Source: Octopus sinensis
Lineage: Eukaryota
Length of the DNA: 64,000 nucleotides
Direction: 5' to 3'
Assembly: GCF_006345805.1 (NCBI RefSeq)
Contig: NC_043012.1
Span: 52,328,001-52,392,000, forward strand
The notes under the pieces were generated by a model. The model searched no databases, was not told the origin of the DNA, and saw nothing but the letters and a program-made list of their open reading frames with translations. The translations under genes and the position numbers were made by a program. Positions 11,888 through 23,995 of this stretch are shown here, piece by piece; positions within the stretch are counted from its first letter, which is position 1; each line of letters opens with the position of its first letter.

Positions 11888-12250
11888 ATGAACCTAGAAA
11901 GTTACCCTTCGAGGCAAAAGTCGAGGAAAAGTTGTTTATGGAAGACCAGCAGTTACCTATTTCTTTATTACCCACAAGGGGCTAAACACAGAGGGGACAA
12001 ACAAGGACAGACATAGGTATTAAGTCGATTACATCGGCCCCAGTGCGTAACTGGTACTTAATTTATCGACCCCGAAAGGATGAAAGGCAAAGTCGACCTT
12101 GGGGGAATTTGAACTCACAACGTAACGCAGACGAAATACCGCTAAGCATTTTGCCCGGCGTGCTAACGTTTCTGCCAGCAGTTACCGTTGCATACCAGCC
12201 ACTCCTCTCCACGCCACCAATGTTATCCAAGGAAAAGCAAAGGCCGGTAC
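11888..12250 (-). mobile_element. Family E SINE fragment interrupted by a family B SINE (11958-12180) with a 12-bp duplication
   Basis: ccagcagttacc occurs at 11946-11957 and 12175-12186. Family E sequence resumes after the insert (gcataccagccactcctctccacgccacc). Confidence 0.75.
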
Positions 12251-12459
12251 ATTTTTTCCGAACGCATGGTTCCGGATTCAGTCCCTCTGCGTGTTACCTT
12301 AGGCAACAGTCTCCTATTACAGCCTCTGGCCGACCAAAATCTTGTAAGTGGATTTGATGAACGGAGTCTGAATTAAGTATGCCGTGTAATATGTATGTAT
12401 TATATATATGTGTGTGTGTGTTTGTGCTTGTGTGTGCGTAAATGTGTGTGTGCGTGGAA

Positions 12460-13445
12460 TTGATTTTGTAGTCCCTTCTTTTGTAGTTCGCGTCCCTTTT
12501 GTACTTCTAACTTCATTTTTCCTTATTTCTCTCTTTTCAATGACCCCTCGTCCCTAACTGACACTAGCAAGAGTTCATTACATTGGGCTACGTATCTCAT
12601 TAAGTTCTCGAGTTCGAGACGTACAGTCTTCCACACCTATCAGTCCTCTTTCTCCAGTTGCTCTCTTCATGTACAAGCGATCAGTGTCTGCCCGTAGATG
12701 ATGGGTTCCATGCGTCGTTAGGAGCTTTCTTGATTTCCTGTGCATCTCCTTTAGTTCCTGCTCTGTCCACTCAGGATTCCAGCGCTATACCAAACTACTG
12801 CGACTGTGCGCGAGTTTATTGCCGAAATTACGTTTCTGTCAAACAGCTTTGAAGCCAGTATTTTTCTCATTCACCACAGATACTCTCTTTTTGTGTTTTT
12901 CTTCATGTCGTTGTATTTAACTCCATCTGCCTCAAGTATACCCATTTCTTTATAGCTGGATTGAGGTTAAATTGCCTTCATCAACCCACCAATTGGCAAA
13001 CCTATGCATTCTGTCCTAACAAGCTTTCCTGGTTTCATCACTAGCGTAACACATTTTGAGAGCCGAAACTCCTTAATATCATTGGAGTATATCTGCAGAG
13101 AATGGATTAGGCTGTCAGTTTCTGTCTCACATTTTCTGAATTACTTCAAGTCGTCCATGAATAGCAAATGGTTCAGTTTTCCCTTACTTCTTTCCAGGTC
13201 ATACACCAACTTTGTTTTTTTGCAGTATTTCACTCAAGGAGATCATTTTCAGCCCAAAGATCAGTGAGGACACATTGTTGCCCTGGTAGATTCCTCTCTT
13301 GATTTTCACCTCTACTAATATTTGACTCCTGCTGTCAATTCCGTCTTCACCATTTCATACTGTTTTATATAAGGTTTTTCTGTTGTTCTTATTATCCAGG
13401 AGTGTGGTATCATATCGTTTGCTTTTCCATAGTCAGCCCATGCTA
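12460..13445 (-). pseudogene. R4/Dong-type non-LTR retrotransposon RT core, decayed
   Basis: The minus strand gives DYGKANDMIPHSWI, KIKRGIYQGNNVSSLIF, NHLLFMDDLK (~13144-13176) and HHLRADTDRLYMKRATGERGLIG, with several stops and frameshifts. Confidence 0.85.
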
Positions 13446-13474
13446 TGCTCAAGTTTGTGTGTGTTCTCTTGCTA

Positions 13475-13492
13475 TTACTATTATTATTATTA

Positions 13493-13591
<99 letters not shown>

Positions 13592-13620
13592 CATCTTCAT
13601 CATCATCATCATCATCATCA
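13475..13620. repeat. (TTA)n/(TCA)n microsatellite between two Dong-type fragments
   Basis: Seen directly. Confidence 0.95.
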
Positions 13621-13649
13621 TTTTTATCTTCATCTTCTTTCCATTCTGT

Positions 13650-14945
13650 TTCCATCTCTTGCCTAGTGTCTTCCTGACATCTAGGGCAGAGAAACGTAAT
13701 GTATACATTGGTAGGCCATTACAAATAAACACATCAGGTTGTTCATTTACATAGTCATGTGATATAGAAAAAGGGGAAGAAAGATAGAGAGTTTTCTCTC
13801 TATCTTTCTTACGAAGAAACTAAAGGAAGAAAAAGGAAAGAAATTTCACAACAACGTATCAGTTACGTAATAGTTACAACAATTTTTTGCACTTCTTGCA
13901 TGTATGCCAGGGATCATTCATAAATAATTTTCAGTTCCTTTTTTGATCTTTCGAAATGCTCCTACAATCACTGGTATTGTAACCGTCTTGAGACTCTACA
14001 TCTTTTCGATTTCAATTGAAAAATCTGTATATTTTCTGAGCTTATCAAACTCTTTTGACGAGATATTATGGTCACATGTTATGCACATGTCAATCGATAA
14101 ACAAACTTTATTGTTTTGGTCTTTCTCAACAATACCTGTTTTTTCTCCCTTGACAGTCCGCTCTGTACATTCTGGGAAGTCCCAAAGAATAGTTACATTT
14201 TCTCCTTCAGGTACAGCCGCATGGTGGTGTTTTTACCCATTTTGACAGCAGTTTTGATTTTATAATGCCGACGCATTATCCAATGTACATATAGGCCAAC
14301 TGTATCATGTTTTGATTTGTACTCTACCTTACACCCAGAGATTAGGTCATCCACTGTTTTAATCCCATCGTTGCAGTATTGACACTTTGGGTCTACACCA
14401 GTTTTCATCATATTCGCTTGATAGCTCCGGGTCAATAAGCTCTGATTTTGAGCAGTTAAGACAAAGCCTTCACCCTCTGCCTTTGGCCTTGAGCTCCGTA
14501 GCCACTGTTGGGTGTGCTTCTGGTCTACATCAGCTTGTTTGCTACATATTTGTCACGTAGAGGATTTTGTTCCCACCTGTCAGCCAATTGTTCAAACGCG
14601 TTTTTTGAGGTTTTTTTTTGTTTTGTTTTGTTTTTTGCTATGGATTTCACCTTCCTTGCAACTACGGTTTCCGCACTTCCATCATGCTGTTCCGCCTGGG
14701 TATTATGCATAAACTCACTCGAATTTTTTTGGCTCATCTTCATGAGAGAATGAAGCTTCTTACGTCTTTCATGGTTTTCAACGAACTTTAGCATCCAGTC
14801 GTGAGATGTTTCAAGGTAGTTTGCCAATCCAGTGGTGATGGTTTTGTAAGATATTTCTAACTGGATAAAGTCTCGACCTCTTTGAGCTCTGGATAAAGAC
14901 GATATGCATCTGCCTTTGGGTGGAACATCTTATTGCAAGTTGTTG
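13650..14945 (-). pseudogene. R4/Dong-type LINE 3' half: thumb, zinc knuckle, restriction-like endonuclease and 3' UTR
   Basis: Motifs read MFHPKADAYRLY, KAEGEGFVLTAQNQSLLTRSYQ, CQYC...LISGC...KHDTVG and ILWDFPECTERTVKGEKTGIVEKDQNNKVCLSIDM (the expected PD dipeptide reads TG, so it is inactive). Confidence 0.85.
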
Positions 14946-14951
14946 TTGTTG

Positions 14952-14983
<32 letters not shown>

Positions 14984-15096
14984 GAGTGAGCGAGCAGAGC
15001 ATGCCATCAAAGTGACACTGGGGTAAAATATACGAAGCCCAGTATACCCATCATGACTACCCGTCTGATAAGGGTACACAAGGCACATGCATCACA

Positions 15097-15097
<1 letters not shown>
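14984..15097 (-). mobile_element. 3' end of a retroelement with a (TAA)n tail, flanked by TAA repeats
   Basis: The minus strand ends gatggcatgctctgctcgctcactc-aataataat. The same family is seen at ~40350-40450. Confidence 0.55.
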
Positions 15098-15155
<58 letters not shown>

Positions 15156-15171
15156 CATCATCATCATCATC

Positions 15172-15215
<44 letters not shown>

Positions 15216-15271
15216 TCATCATTATTACCATCATCATCATTATTATCTTAAAGCGGTGTACTGGCAGAATC

Positions 15272-15655
15272 GTTAGCATTCCGGGCAAAATGTTTAGCGG
15301 TATTTCATCTGGGTATACGTTCTGAGTTCCGCCGATGTTTTAGTTTCGTCATTCATCCTTTCGAGGTCGATCGAATAAGTATCAGTTATACGCTGGGGTC
15401 GATGTAATCGATTAGCGCTTTCACCCAAATTTCACGCCGTGTGCCTAGAGTAGAAAGGAAAGCAGCCAGTTGACAGAATCGGCAGCACGCCGGATAGAAT
15501 GCTTAGCGGCATTTCGTCCGTCTTTACATTCTGAGTTGGAATTCCGCCGAGGTCAACTTTGCCTATCATCGTTTCTGGGTTGATAAAATAAGTACCAGTT
15601 GAGCATTGGGGTCGATATAACCGACTAATCTCCTCCCCCAAATTGTGCTTTTAGT
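15272..15655 (+). mobile_element. Two adjacent family B SINEs with the short alternative tail (B2)
   Basis: Heads ctggcagaatcgttagc (15281) and gacagaatcggcagcacgcc (15472); tails cccaaattt...gtgcctagagtagaaagg and cccccaaattgtgcttttagtagaaag. Confidence 0.8.
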
Positions 15656-15740
15656 AGAAAGAATCATTATCATTATTATTGTTGTTGTTGTGTTGTTGTT
15701 GTTGTTGTTGTTGCTATAATTATTATTATTATTATTATTA

Positions 15741-15786
<46 letters not shown>

Positions 15787-16049
15787 CAAATATATTACAC
15801 ACTACAAAGCTTATTATATGTGTGAGCCATTTAGAATTTCATTATTACATGTATGTACCGCTTATAAGTTGATATCAATCATTTCAACAAGAAAACGATT
15901 GAATTGCATATTGTTGAATAACTAAGTCAACTATTCGGCTTATAATAACGGTAATAATATAAATTATTCTGCACGAAGCATTTACTTTATCATGAATACA
16001 ATAGAATATCTTTGAATTGTTGACTGAAGAATTTAAATATACTGCAGTA

Positions 16050-16620
16050 AACGATTACATAATGTACTGGATCACTTTGATAAGGCTGCAGTAAAAATTA
16101 TTTACAATGAATTTACTTGGACTTTTCACTGCGAGATTTGAGTTCACATATATGGAGCTTTCATTTCAAGATTTAAGTTCGTTTCTTTGAACCTTTCATG
16201 AGATCAAAGTTAAGATTTTGTGAGGAGTGATAAAATCACCCCGAAATGATTACTTCGAATTAAATATATTGATATAGTAAATTTACTTCAGAATTGCATA
16301 GATAAAACAAAATTAATAGAATGGGAAACGTATGCAATATAATATAGATTTGCATGTATATACAATTGGCTACTTAATTTCATTGAATGACTCATTGGTT
16401 GAAGGTATATACAGCACCGATGGAGAATGGAATGTACCTTGCAACTTTTAATGAGCAGTTGGCTCAATTGAAAAGAATCATTCTGGATGTATGTGTGGGA
16501 AAGCGAAGTATTGTCTTAGAGTTTACCCACCATTTGACTATTGAGAAATTTCAAAAATTACAAGTGGGGTTTTTAGAAGAGGAGAACTGCGAACGAAAGT
16601 GGCAAGTAGACTAAGTTCGT
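16050..16620 (+). pseudogene. Possible highly decayed hAT-like transposase C-terminus
   Basis: Only weak resemblance (NLLGLFTARFEFTYMELSFQ; AVGSIEKNHSG; LTIEKFQKL). An HMM search is needed. Confidence 0.2.
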
Positions 16621-16968
16621 CAGAAGCTTACAAATACTGCATGGTGACGTTCTCACTGAGAAAATATCTGTTCACCAAATAAATTGCTTCTTACCTTTGC
16701 GATATACTATTTATCTAGCAGTCTAAAACGATGCGTGTGATAAACTTGCTATCAGACGTTCTCTCTGGAATTATATTGATAAATTCTGTGGAAATTAAAC
16801 TCATAAATCATGGAAATCCAATTGAAATATTTTACACTTTAACATGGTTTGCGTTCATCATTCTGTGAATATTAATTAGTGCTGGAATATGATAGTGATC
16901 AGAGAGTGTACGTAAATGTATGTCATTCGTGTATATATATGTGCGTTGCGTGTGTGTGTATGTATATG

Positions 16969-17006
<38 letters not shown>

Positions 17007-18254
17007 ACTGCATGTGTGCGTGCGTTTGTATATATGTAGTTTATGTGTGTGCGTGTAATGTACAGCATAAACGCTTACGTTGGACAATGGATTATATAGT
17101 TTCGGTATTTAATTAAGAAATTTGACGTCAGTGTTCACTTCACTCAGGGTTCGTCTTAACTTTTCTTCTTTACAAGGCCTATAAAATAAAGTACTATTTA
17201 TTGCTGTCGTTTATTTGGCCCCAGCTGTCTCTGATCAATGGCGCTCCGGCTATGTTCAGCCCGTTTTATATTCATTCACTGTATAACTGGGGCAACATTA
17301 TCTAATTAGTTTTTCACACTTTGAAGACAGCAGCGTGTGATAAGAAAGAAATATTTGTCCGTTATTTCAAACACGTCGGTGTATCAGAATCCAGGCTTCC
17401 TCGTTTGATCGTAAATCTTACCAAACTTTCACTGAGGTTGATTCATTCGACCTTGACAGTTCACGTATCCGTTAATCGTCTGGCATTTGCCATAGAAAGG
17501 ACGTTCAACTCGAGGTTTTCAAATCTGGTTATATGCTGTCAGTTTAATGCACAAATGCTCCTAGGGCAAGCAAGAATTTCATAACCAATCTAAGAAGTCT
17601 CATATATTATTTATCCTTGGGAATTTCCTGATGTGTGTGTATATGTGTGTATGTGCAGGACCAAATTATAAGAATTATGCGTATAAGTTATAACGTGATA
17701 TCTATCTATTCATGTAAAGTCACCCCGTCAGTATCTATGTAAAACAGAGTGTAACATAGCATAATCTTGGTAAAATATAGTGTAGCATTTCATGGTGCGC
17801 CTAATAAACTGTATACAATTCATTGGAGGATTAATGAACAATATATCATTCGGGATACAAGCAGGAACTAGTAGTATAGTATTTTCTCGTGAAAGATCCA
17901 GAATAGTAACGGACGTTATATAAGACACAGCAGCGTTCTCAATGGCATTTTTGTTTAAAAATCACAGTACAAATATACTATAATGTTTCACTGTTTCGCT
18001 ACAGCATTATATTTCATTGTGCAAATTACACTATAGTTTTACAATATATTTAGTTACAGTTATAATTCATTGGGAAAATTCACAATAGTATTTCACTGTG
18101 TGCGTAGTTACATTACATTTCACAGTATCAACTACATGATAGCAGTTCAATCAGTTTGGTTATATTATTACCAAGTGCGTATTTCACTGCGGCAGTTGAG
18201 TTACATGTACCCCAGTCATTAGTCTATAAGTTACGCATACTCACAGTCTGTAAT

Positions 18255-18293
<39 letters not shown>

Positions 18294-18296
<3 letters not shown>

Positions 18297-18770
18297 GGTG
18301 CGTAAGATATTGGAGGACAGATTTATGTTTATAAAAAGAACAGATATATAATAACAGATAATAACTTTATTTATCATAAAATGCGATGATGATAAAAATA
18401 AACTTTCTTTTCTCTAGTGTTATTCAATAAAGCCAACTTCAGCTTCAACAACTGCTGCTATATGATTTCTAAACCATCTACAGGCTCGAATCAAGTGATC
18501 CTGGTTCATTTTGGACATTACTCTGACTATGGCAGCTTTCGAAGAATCTTTGGTGTTACGGGCGTGTTCACTGACCTCCACATGTAATTGTCCAATAGAT
18601 TGAGATCTGGGGGATTAGGAGGCTAAATGCTAGGGGTTATATGATCATGAAATTTTTCAGCCATCCATTCATGTGTTACGAGAGCCATGTGTGATAGTGT
18701 AGAGTCTTACTGAAACATATATGGCCTTCCATTGCAAACACTATCTATCCAGTCTGTTTCTCGTGAAACA
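18294..18770 (-). mobile_element. Tc1/mariner (DD37D/maT-like) transposase C-terminus with one TIR
   Basis: The TIR cagggtg follows TA at 18294. The minus frame reads YMFQ*DS...WMAENFHDHITP..*PPN..DLN..DNYMW...NTKDSSKAAIVRVMSKMNQDHLIRAC...VVEAEVGFIE*. Confidence 0.75.
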
Positions 18771-18859
18771 TGAACTTGCAATGAAAGTTATTTAAAATTG
18801 TTAGAACAATTCCACCTAAAACGCCTTCATCGCATTTCAAACATTAAATGAAGTTCTTT

Positions 18860-19109
18860 TTTTCCAAACACAGATGTCCTTGCATCTACAGGCATCACCT
18901 CAATTAAAGCTATGATTTTGAGGAAGGACATGAGAGAGTATGGTCATATTGTTCGAATGGCGGATGAACAGCTGTTTGATGGTGAGCTTGCAGAGCGGAA
19001 ACGCTACTGGCATAAACCTAAAAAAAGGTTCAAGGACAGTGTAAGGACTTCTATGAAGTCACTTGGATTGGATCCAGAAGACATAGAAACCTTTGCTTCG
19101 GATCGAGCT

Positions 19110-19112
<3 letters not shown>
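18860..19112 (+). pseudogene. RTE-clade LINE ORF C-terminal fragment
   Basis: GITSIKAMILRKDMREYGHIVRMADEQLFDGELAERKRYWHKPKKRFKDSVRTSMKSLGLDPEDIETFASDR matches the RTE GHVVRM...GEL...KKRFKD pattern. Confidence 0.8.
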
Positions 19113-19169
<57 letters not shown>

Positions 19170-19654
19170 AAGTACGATTTAATCGTGATCAGAGGAGTTC
19201 GTAAACAGAGCTACTACTGTGTATGTATGTATGTATTTATGTATGTATGTATGTATGTATGTATGTATGTATGTATGTATGTATGTATGTATGTATGTAC
19301 ATGTGTGTGCCTATGTTATAGAAATTATATTTTACTGCTCAATTGATGTTGTAACATATTCGTGCACAATTATATTAGAATAATTCAACATCCACCCACG
19401 TAATCTTTTATCAATACTAAACAAATTTTTAAGACTTTTAAAATTTTGCATTTGATTTCAAATTTAACCTTATCAAAACATTAATATTTTAACATTTCAA
19501 AATAATCTTCGGTAAAAATTTTACTCCTACATATAATATGAAGAATAAAATAATCCCCAGTTGCTCATAAAAGATTTCAATAAAATCCATAATGTATGGT
19601 TTTAGATGGCATTATATATTCAATTGCATCGGATCGATTTCAAGAAAACTTACT

Positions 19655-20142
19655 TCTGAAGTATCATTTCCAACGCTATCGCATACCATTATTAGAAGTC
19701 CTTGTGGCATGATGTTATATGAAAATATCCGTCAAAATCTTTCAAGAAAAATGTTGTAATGTCATAAAGCTATGCATATCTCGGCATTGTTTACAAAGCA
19801 ATAGATCACACTTCCATACAAGGAAGCCGTTCTTACATGGTTTGTTAATTCTTCTTTGACTTAACAAATAAAGTTATGCGGTGGATGCATGCATTGCATT
19901 TATATTATTGCTTGAAAGTTCCCCACTTGAGAGAAACGAGCGTATAAGCGATGCAGTTCGCCATTTTTTTAAATGTGATTATGCAAGTTAATTGAGCTGG
20001 GTTTTCTTCGTCGTTCGTGCTATATTTTTAGCTCAAAATGTAATGAAAAGTAATACTAAAACTAATATTCGGTATCTTTCAGTCAATCTACCAATATATG
20101 GAGATAGATAGACAGATAGACAGACAGAAGGATAGATAGATT

Positions 20143-20219
<77 letters not shown>

Positions 20220-20910
20220 ATAGACAGACAGACAGACAATTAGATAGATAGAAAAGATAGATAGAAACGATAGATAGATAAATAGATAGATAGATAGATA
20301 GATAGATAGATGCATACATATATACAAACATACATACATACATATGTACATACATACATACATACATACGTACATACATACATACACATTGTTGTGAAGA
20401 GGAGAAGACAATAAACGAGACTAGTAACATCTCCATCAATGATTTAACTGTTTCCCCTGTATCTGAAGAGGAATGTTACAGGTATCTAGGAATGGATGAA
20501 AATATATCTTACAATGACACCTGTAACAAAACACGAGTCACTAAAGACTATTACTGGCGAATAAAGAAAATTTGGACCTCAGAACTATCTGCATTCAATA
20601 AGACAGTGGCCCACAATGTGTTTGCAGTGCTAGTACTAATACCAACATTTGGGATGCTTGATTGGACACGGGATTAGATCCAAGCTATTGATGTGAAAAC
20701 CCGGAAAATACTAACAACCACACATAATGATTGATTTAAAAAAAAATCCATCTGAAGTATCATTTCTGGCATAATGGTATATGAAAATAACCGTCAAAAT
20801 CTTTCAAGAAAAATGTTGAAATGTCATAACGCTATGCATATCTCGGCATTGTTTACAAAGCAATAGATCACACCTCCATACAAAGAAGCCATTCTTACAT
20901 GGTTTGTTAA
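19655..20910 (+). repeat. Local direct repeat: 19655-19850 and 20750-20910 (the second copy has a ~38-bp deletion)
   Basis: Shared ctgaagtatcatttc...ccgtcaaaatctttcaagaaaaatgttg...cttacatggtttgttaa. Confidence 0.85.
20430..20725 (+). pseudogene. R4/Dong-type RT fragment (domain 7 to thumb)
   Basis: EECYRYLGMDENISYN...YYWRIKKIWTSELSAFNKTVAHNVFAVLVLIPTFGMLDWTRD*IQAIDVKTRKILT. Confidence 0.8.
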
Positions 20911-21002
20911 CGTTAGGCAAGTCGATTTACACAGAATATTAAATACATTTAATAGAAAAAATGAACGTGTATGGATATAAAATAGTCTGACTCACAGAAT
21001 AT

Positions 21003-21366
21003 AAATGATACCAGAAGTTAAATGGTTGAGTTTTACGGGTCCAACAGCAGTTTCTGGAAGCTTGGAAGCCCGGAATAATGATAGTTACTTGCTTCCATTA
21101 CCGGATAACACCGTCTCCGTTTCCAGGATAGAATTTTATATTGCAGAATTTTACATTTGCGGTGTTGACAGGGTGAATCTTTAAACTCCATCCTGTCAAC
21201 ACCTCAAAGCTCAAATGTAAAATTCCCACTGTAAAATTCTCCCTTGAAAACGGAGGTGGTGTTATCCGTTAATGGATTCAAGTAACTATCATTATGTTTG
21301 ACCGCCAATCCCCAGGAAACAGGTGTTGGACTCGTAAAACTCGACTATTTAACTCATGATATCATT
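21003..21366. mobile_element. ~360-bp foldback (palindromic) MITE-like element
   Basis: The arms are complementary over ~175 bp (e.g. gttaaatggttgagttttacgggtccaac / gttggactcgtaaaactcgactatttaac), with the centre near 21180. Confidence 0.85.
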
Positions 21367-21446
21367 TTTAATCTGTAGGTCAGACAGTTATATAGCCATA
21401 CAGATGTACATTGTTTCAATTAAATGTATTTAATATTTTAGCAAAT

Positions 21447-21550
21447 CCTCCTGTTTTTAGAACACCATGATATGATTGCCGAGAAGAATTCGTCCCTATT
21501 TATGTCACGCAATAACCTGATACCGCCCTCATTATTGCTAATAAATTTTA
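21447..21550 (+). repeat. Dispersed repeat, second copy at 27613-27710
   Basis: Shared tttttagaacaccatgatatga...gcaataac.tgatacc...ctcatt.ttgctaataaa. Confidence 0.75.
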
Positions 21551-21849
21551 CTTAAATAAAATGTCTAAAATAAATGCTATATAAACACTGTGTAAGTATA
21601 TTAAATGCATTTTTTAATTGGTATAATATATATGTAGTTATATATTGTGTGAGAACCACTTTTACTATGTACATGTGCATATGAACTCTCAAATTGTGGA
21701 TACACTTGCATATAAGACAAAGAGTAAGAATCCTGAATATTATTTTACTGTGATATCAATTAAATTCGGCAAAACTAATTTATTCATGACTTCGAAACTG
21801 CTGCTAAATCGTTCTGGTATTTCAGTTAATATTGTTTATTACACACATG

Positions 21850-22850
21850 TGAGTGAGAACACTGAGATATTTTTGGTATCTAACATATGTCAGATACTGC
21901 GAGCGCTGCTTCTGATTGGTCAATCCATGGTGATGACCCGATTGTCATTCATAAGTTACAACTAAACTTCATTCATTACTTTCACGAGCAGGTAGAATGT
22001 AGCCATGTAATTAAACAAACATACTATCTTTTTTATACCAGATATCACTTAAAGTCATATACACATAAAATATAAACATATCTGGTGGTAATTCAATTTT
22101 TTGTTGCCAAAAAAATCACAACATATTTCGTCTGCTCGTCGATACTCTTGCAGTGCAGGTGGATCTATCAACAAGATGGCTACTGTTGTCGATATCAAGA
22201 TGAATGATTTTGTTAAGATTGATGGTAAAGATGGGGGAAGAGTGTTATCCGTTGTTCAACCTCTTGGAACATACAGAATGTTCAAAGTGAAGATCAACAC
22301 TGGCAAAGTTCGACATGTTGCTGGATACAGGTTAACAAAGGTTCCCGAAACAGTGTCATCGACGAGTGGATTGTCATCGAACCCTAGATCTGACATCCCT
22401 GATGAGGTGTACAACGAACTTCTACGTGACGATTTCTTTGATGAGAGCAATAATGAATTGAACGTGAACTTGAATGTTAACAAAATGTTAAACAGTCATC
22501 AGTTATCAGTCATTTCATCTGAAAACTTAGCGCTATAAAGTCGGACTATCTTCCTGCGGCATGACATCTTTTACAGTTACACATTGTGACGTCACTGACA
22601 TGAAATCAAGCTGTATTCATGCGCGCTACAAACACCGATGTGAAGAATTAGTTATTGGGTTAATAAAATATGGCGTGTATTCGTGTGTAATAAATAAAAT
22701 ATCAAACTCATTCCCTATGGATACCGTATTTATTACAACTCGTGGCTTGTAAACGTAACTAACTCGCATTCGCTCGTTAGATACGTTTACGAGCCACTCG
22801 TTGTAATAAATACGGTATCCATAGAGAACGCGTTTGGTATTCTCTATTTA
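21850..22850 (+). mobile_element. Putative non-autonomous Crypton-like element with a truncated ORF and a 3' long hairpin
   Basis: ORF 22176-22538 starts at caagATGGCT. A hairpin spans 22715-22824 and extends to ~22691-22850. No recombinase domain is present, so the family call is an inference. Confidence 0.45.
22176..22538 (+). CDS. 120-aa open ORF: beta-rich N-terminal domain plus acidic linker, apparently truncated and probably transposon-derived
   Basis: An uninterrupted, non-repetitive ORF (MATVVDIKMNDFVKIDGKDGGRVLSVVQPLGTYRMFKVKINTGKVRHVAGYRLTKV...DEVYNELLRDDFFDESNNE). Confidence 0.45.
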   Translation: MATVVDIKMNDFVKIDGKDGGRVLSVVQPLGTYRMFKVKINTGKVRHVAGYRLTKVPETVSSTSGLSSNPRSDIPDEVYNELLRDDFFDESNNELNVNLNVNKMLNSHQLSVISSENLAL

Positions 22851-23102
22851 TGCGTGTGCATGGTTTATTGAGAAGACTCAGTGTTGTGAATCTCATTGTT
22901 GGTTCTGGTATTGCGGTATAGTTCTCATAGTGTCTTCATTTAGTGCAGATTTCTGATCTCTCTAATTTACCACACTTGTTAAGATAAAGAGCTAATCTCA
23001 GAATTACAAATCCTCATATTTTCTTGTACCATTTGCCTAAATTTCCAGTGGATGACTAATTTTCTTTGGCTGAATTTCACGTACTTAATATAGTTATATA
23101 TG

Positions 23103-23331
23103 TTTCTTTATTACCCACAAGGGGCTAAACATAGAGGGGAACAAACAAGGACAGACAAACGGATTAAGTCGATTACATCGACCCCAGTGCGTAACTGGCA
23201 CTTAATTTATCGACTCCAAAAGGATGAAAGCAAAGTCGACCTCGGTGGAATTTGAACTCAGAACGTGCCGACGGGTGAAATACCGCGAAGCACTTCACCC
23301 GGCGTGCTAACGTCTCTGCTAGCTCACCGCC
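23103..23331 (-). mobile_element. SINE family B, full length
   Basis: Head ggcggtgagctagcagagacgttagcacgccggg, B-box-like gagttcaaattcc, tail ttagccccttgtgggtaataaagaaac. Confidence 0.9.
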
Positions 23332-23646
23332 TAATATAGTTATATAAACATACACACACACACACATAAGAGCGCATACGCACACATACACACACATATA
23401 TGCACACACACACACATATAAACACACACATATACACAAACACATACACACACGCACACACACCTGACGAAGACAACATTTTTTTTAGGTTTTTCAATTT
23501 ACCTCAATTTATGAATAGACCAACTGTGTACACCTAACCATAATGACTACTGAAACAGCCTTAAGCTAAAATTTGCTATAATAAAGTAATCATATGTAAG
23601 GACCGCTATTTTAACTTGTCTCTTATATATGTATATATATATATAT

Positions 23647-23730
<84 letters not shown>

Positions 23731-23770
23731 TATATATTATATATATATATTATATATATAATATATATAT

Positions 23771-23995
23771 GAGCTGGCAGAATCGTTAGCACGCCGGGCG
23801 AAATGCGTAGCCGTATTTCGTCTGCCGTTACGTTCTGGGTTCAAATTCCGCCGAGGTCGACTTTGCCTTTCATACTTTCGTGGTCGGTAAATTAAGTACC
23901 AGTTACGCACTGGGGTCGATGTAATCGACTTGATCCGTTTGTCTGTCCTCGTTTGTCCCCTCTGTGTGTAGCCCCTTGTGGGGAGTAAAGAAATA
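23771..23995 (+). mobile_element. SINE family B, near full length
   Basis: gagctggcagaatcgttagcacgccgggcg...gtagccccttgtggggagtaaagaaata. Confidence 0.9.

Noticed and set aside
11381-11957. 70-bp direct repeats suggesting an LTR pair
   Set aside because: Both are fragments of the same SINE family (E). There are no TG...CA ends, PBS or PPT.
23463-23480. CTGACGAAG hammerhead-like core
   Set aside because: No stem II or GAAA follows within a plausible distance.
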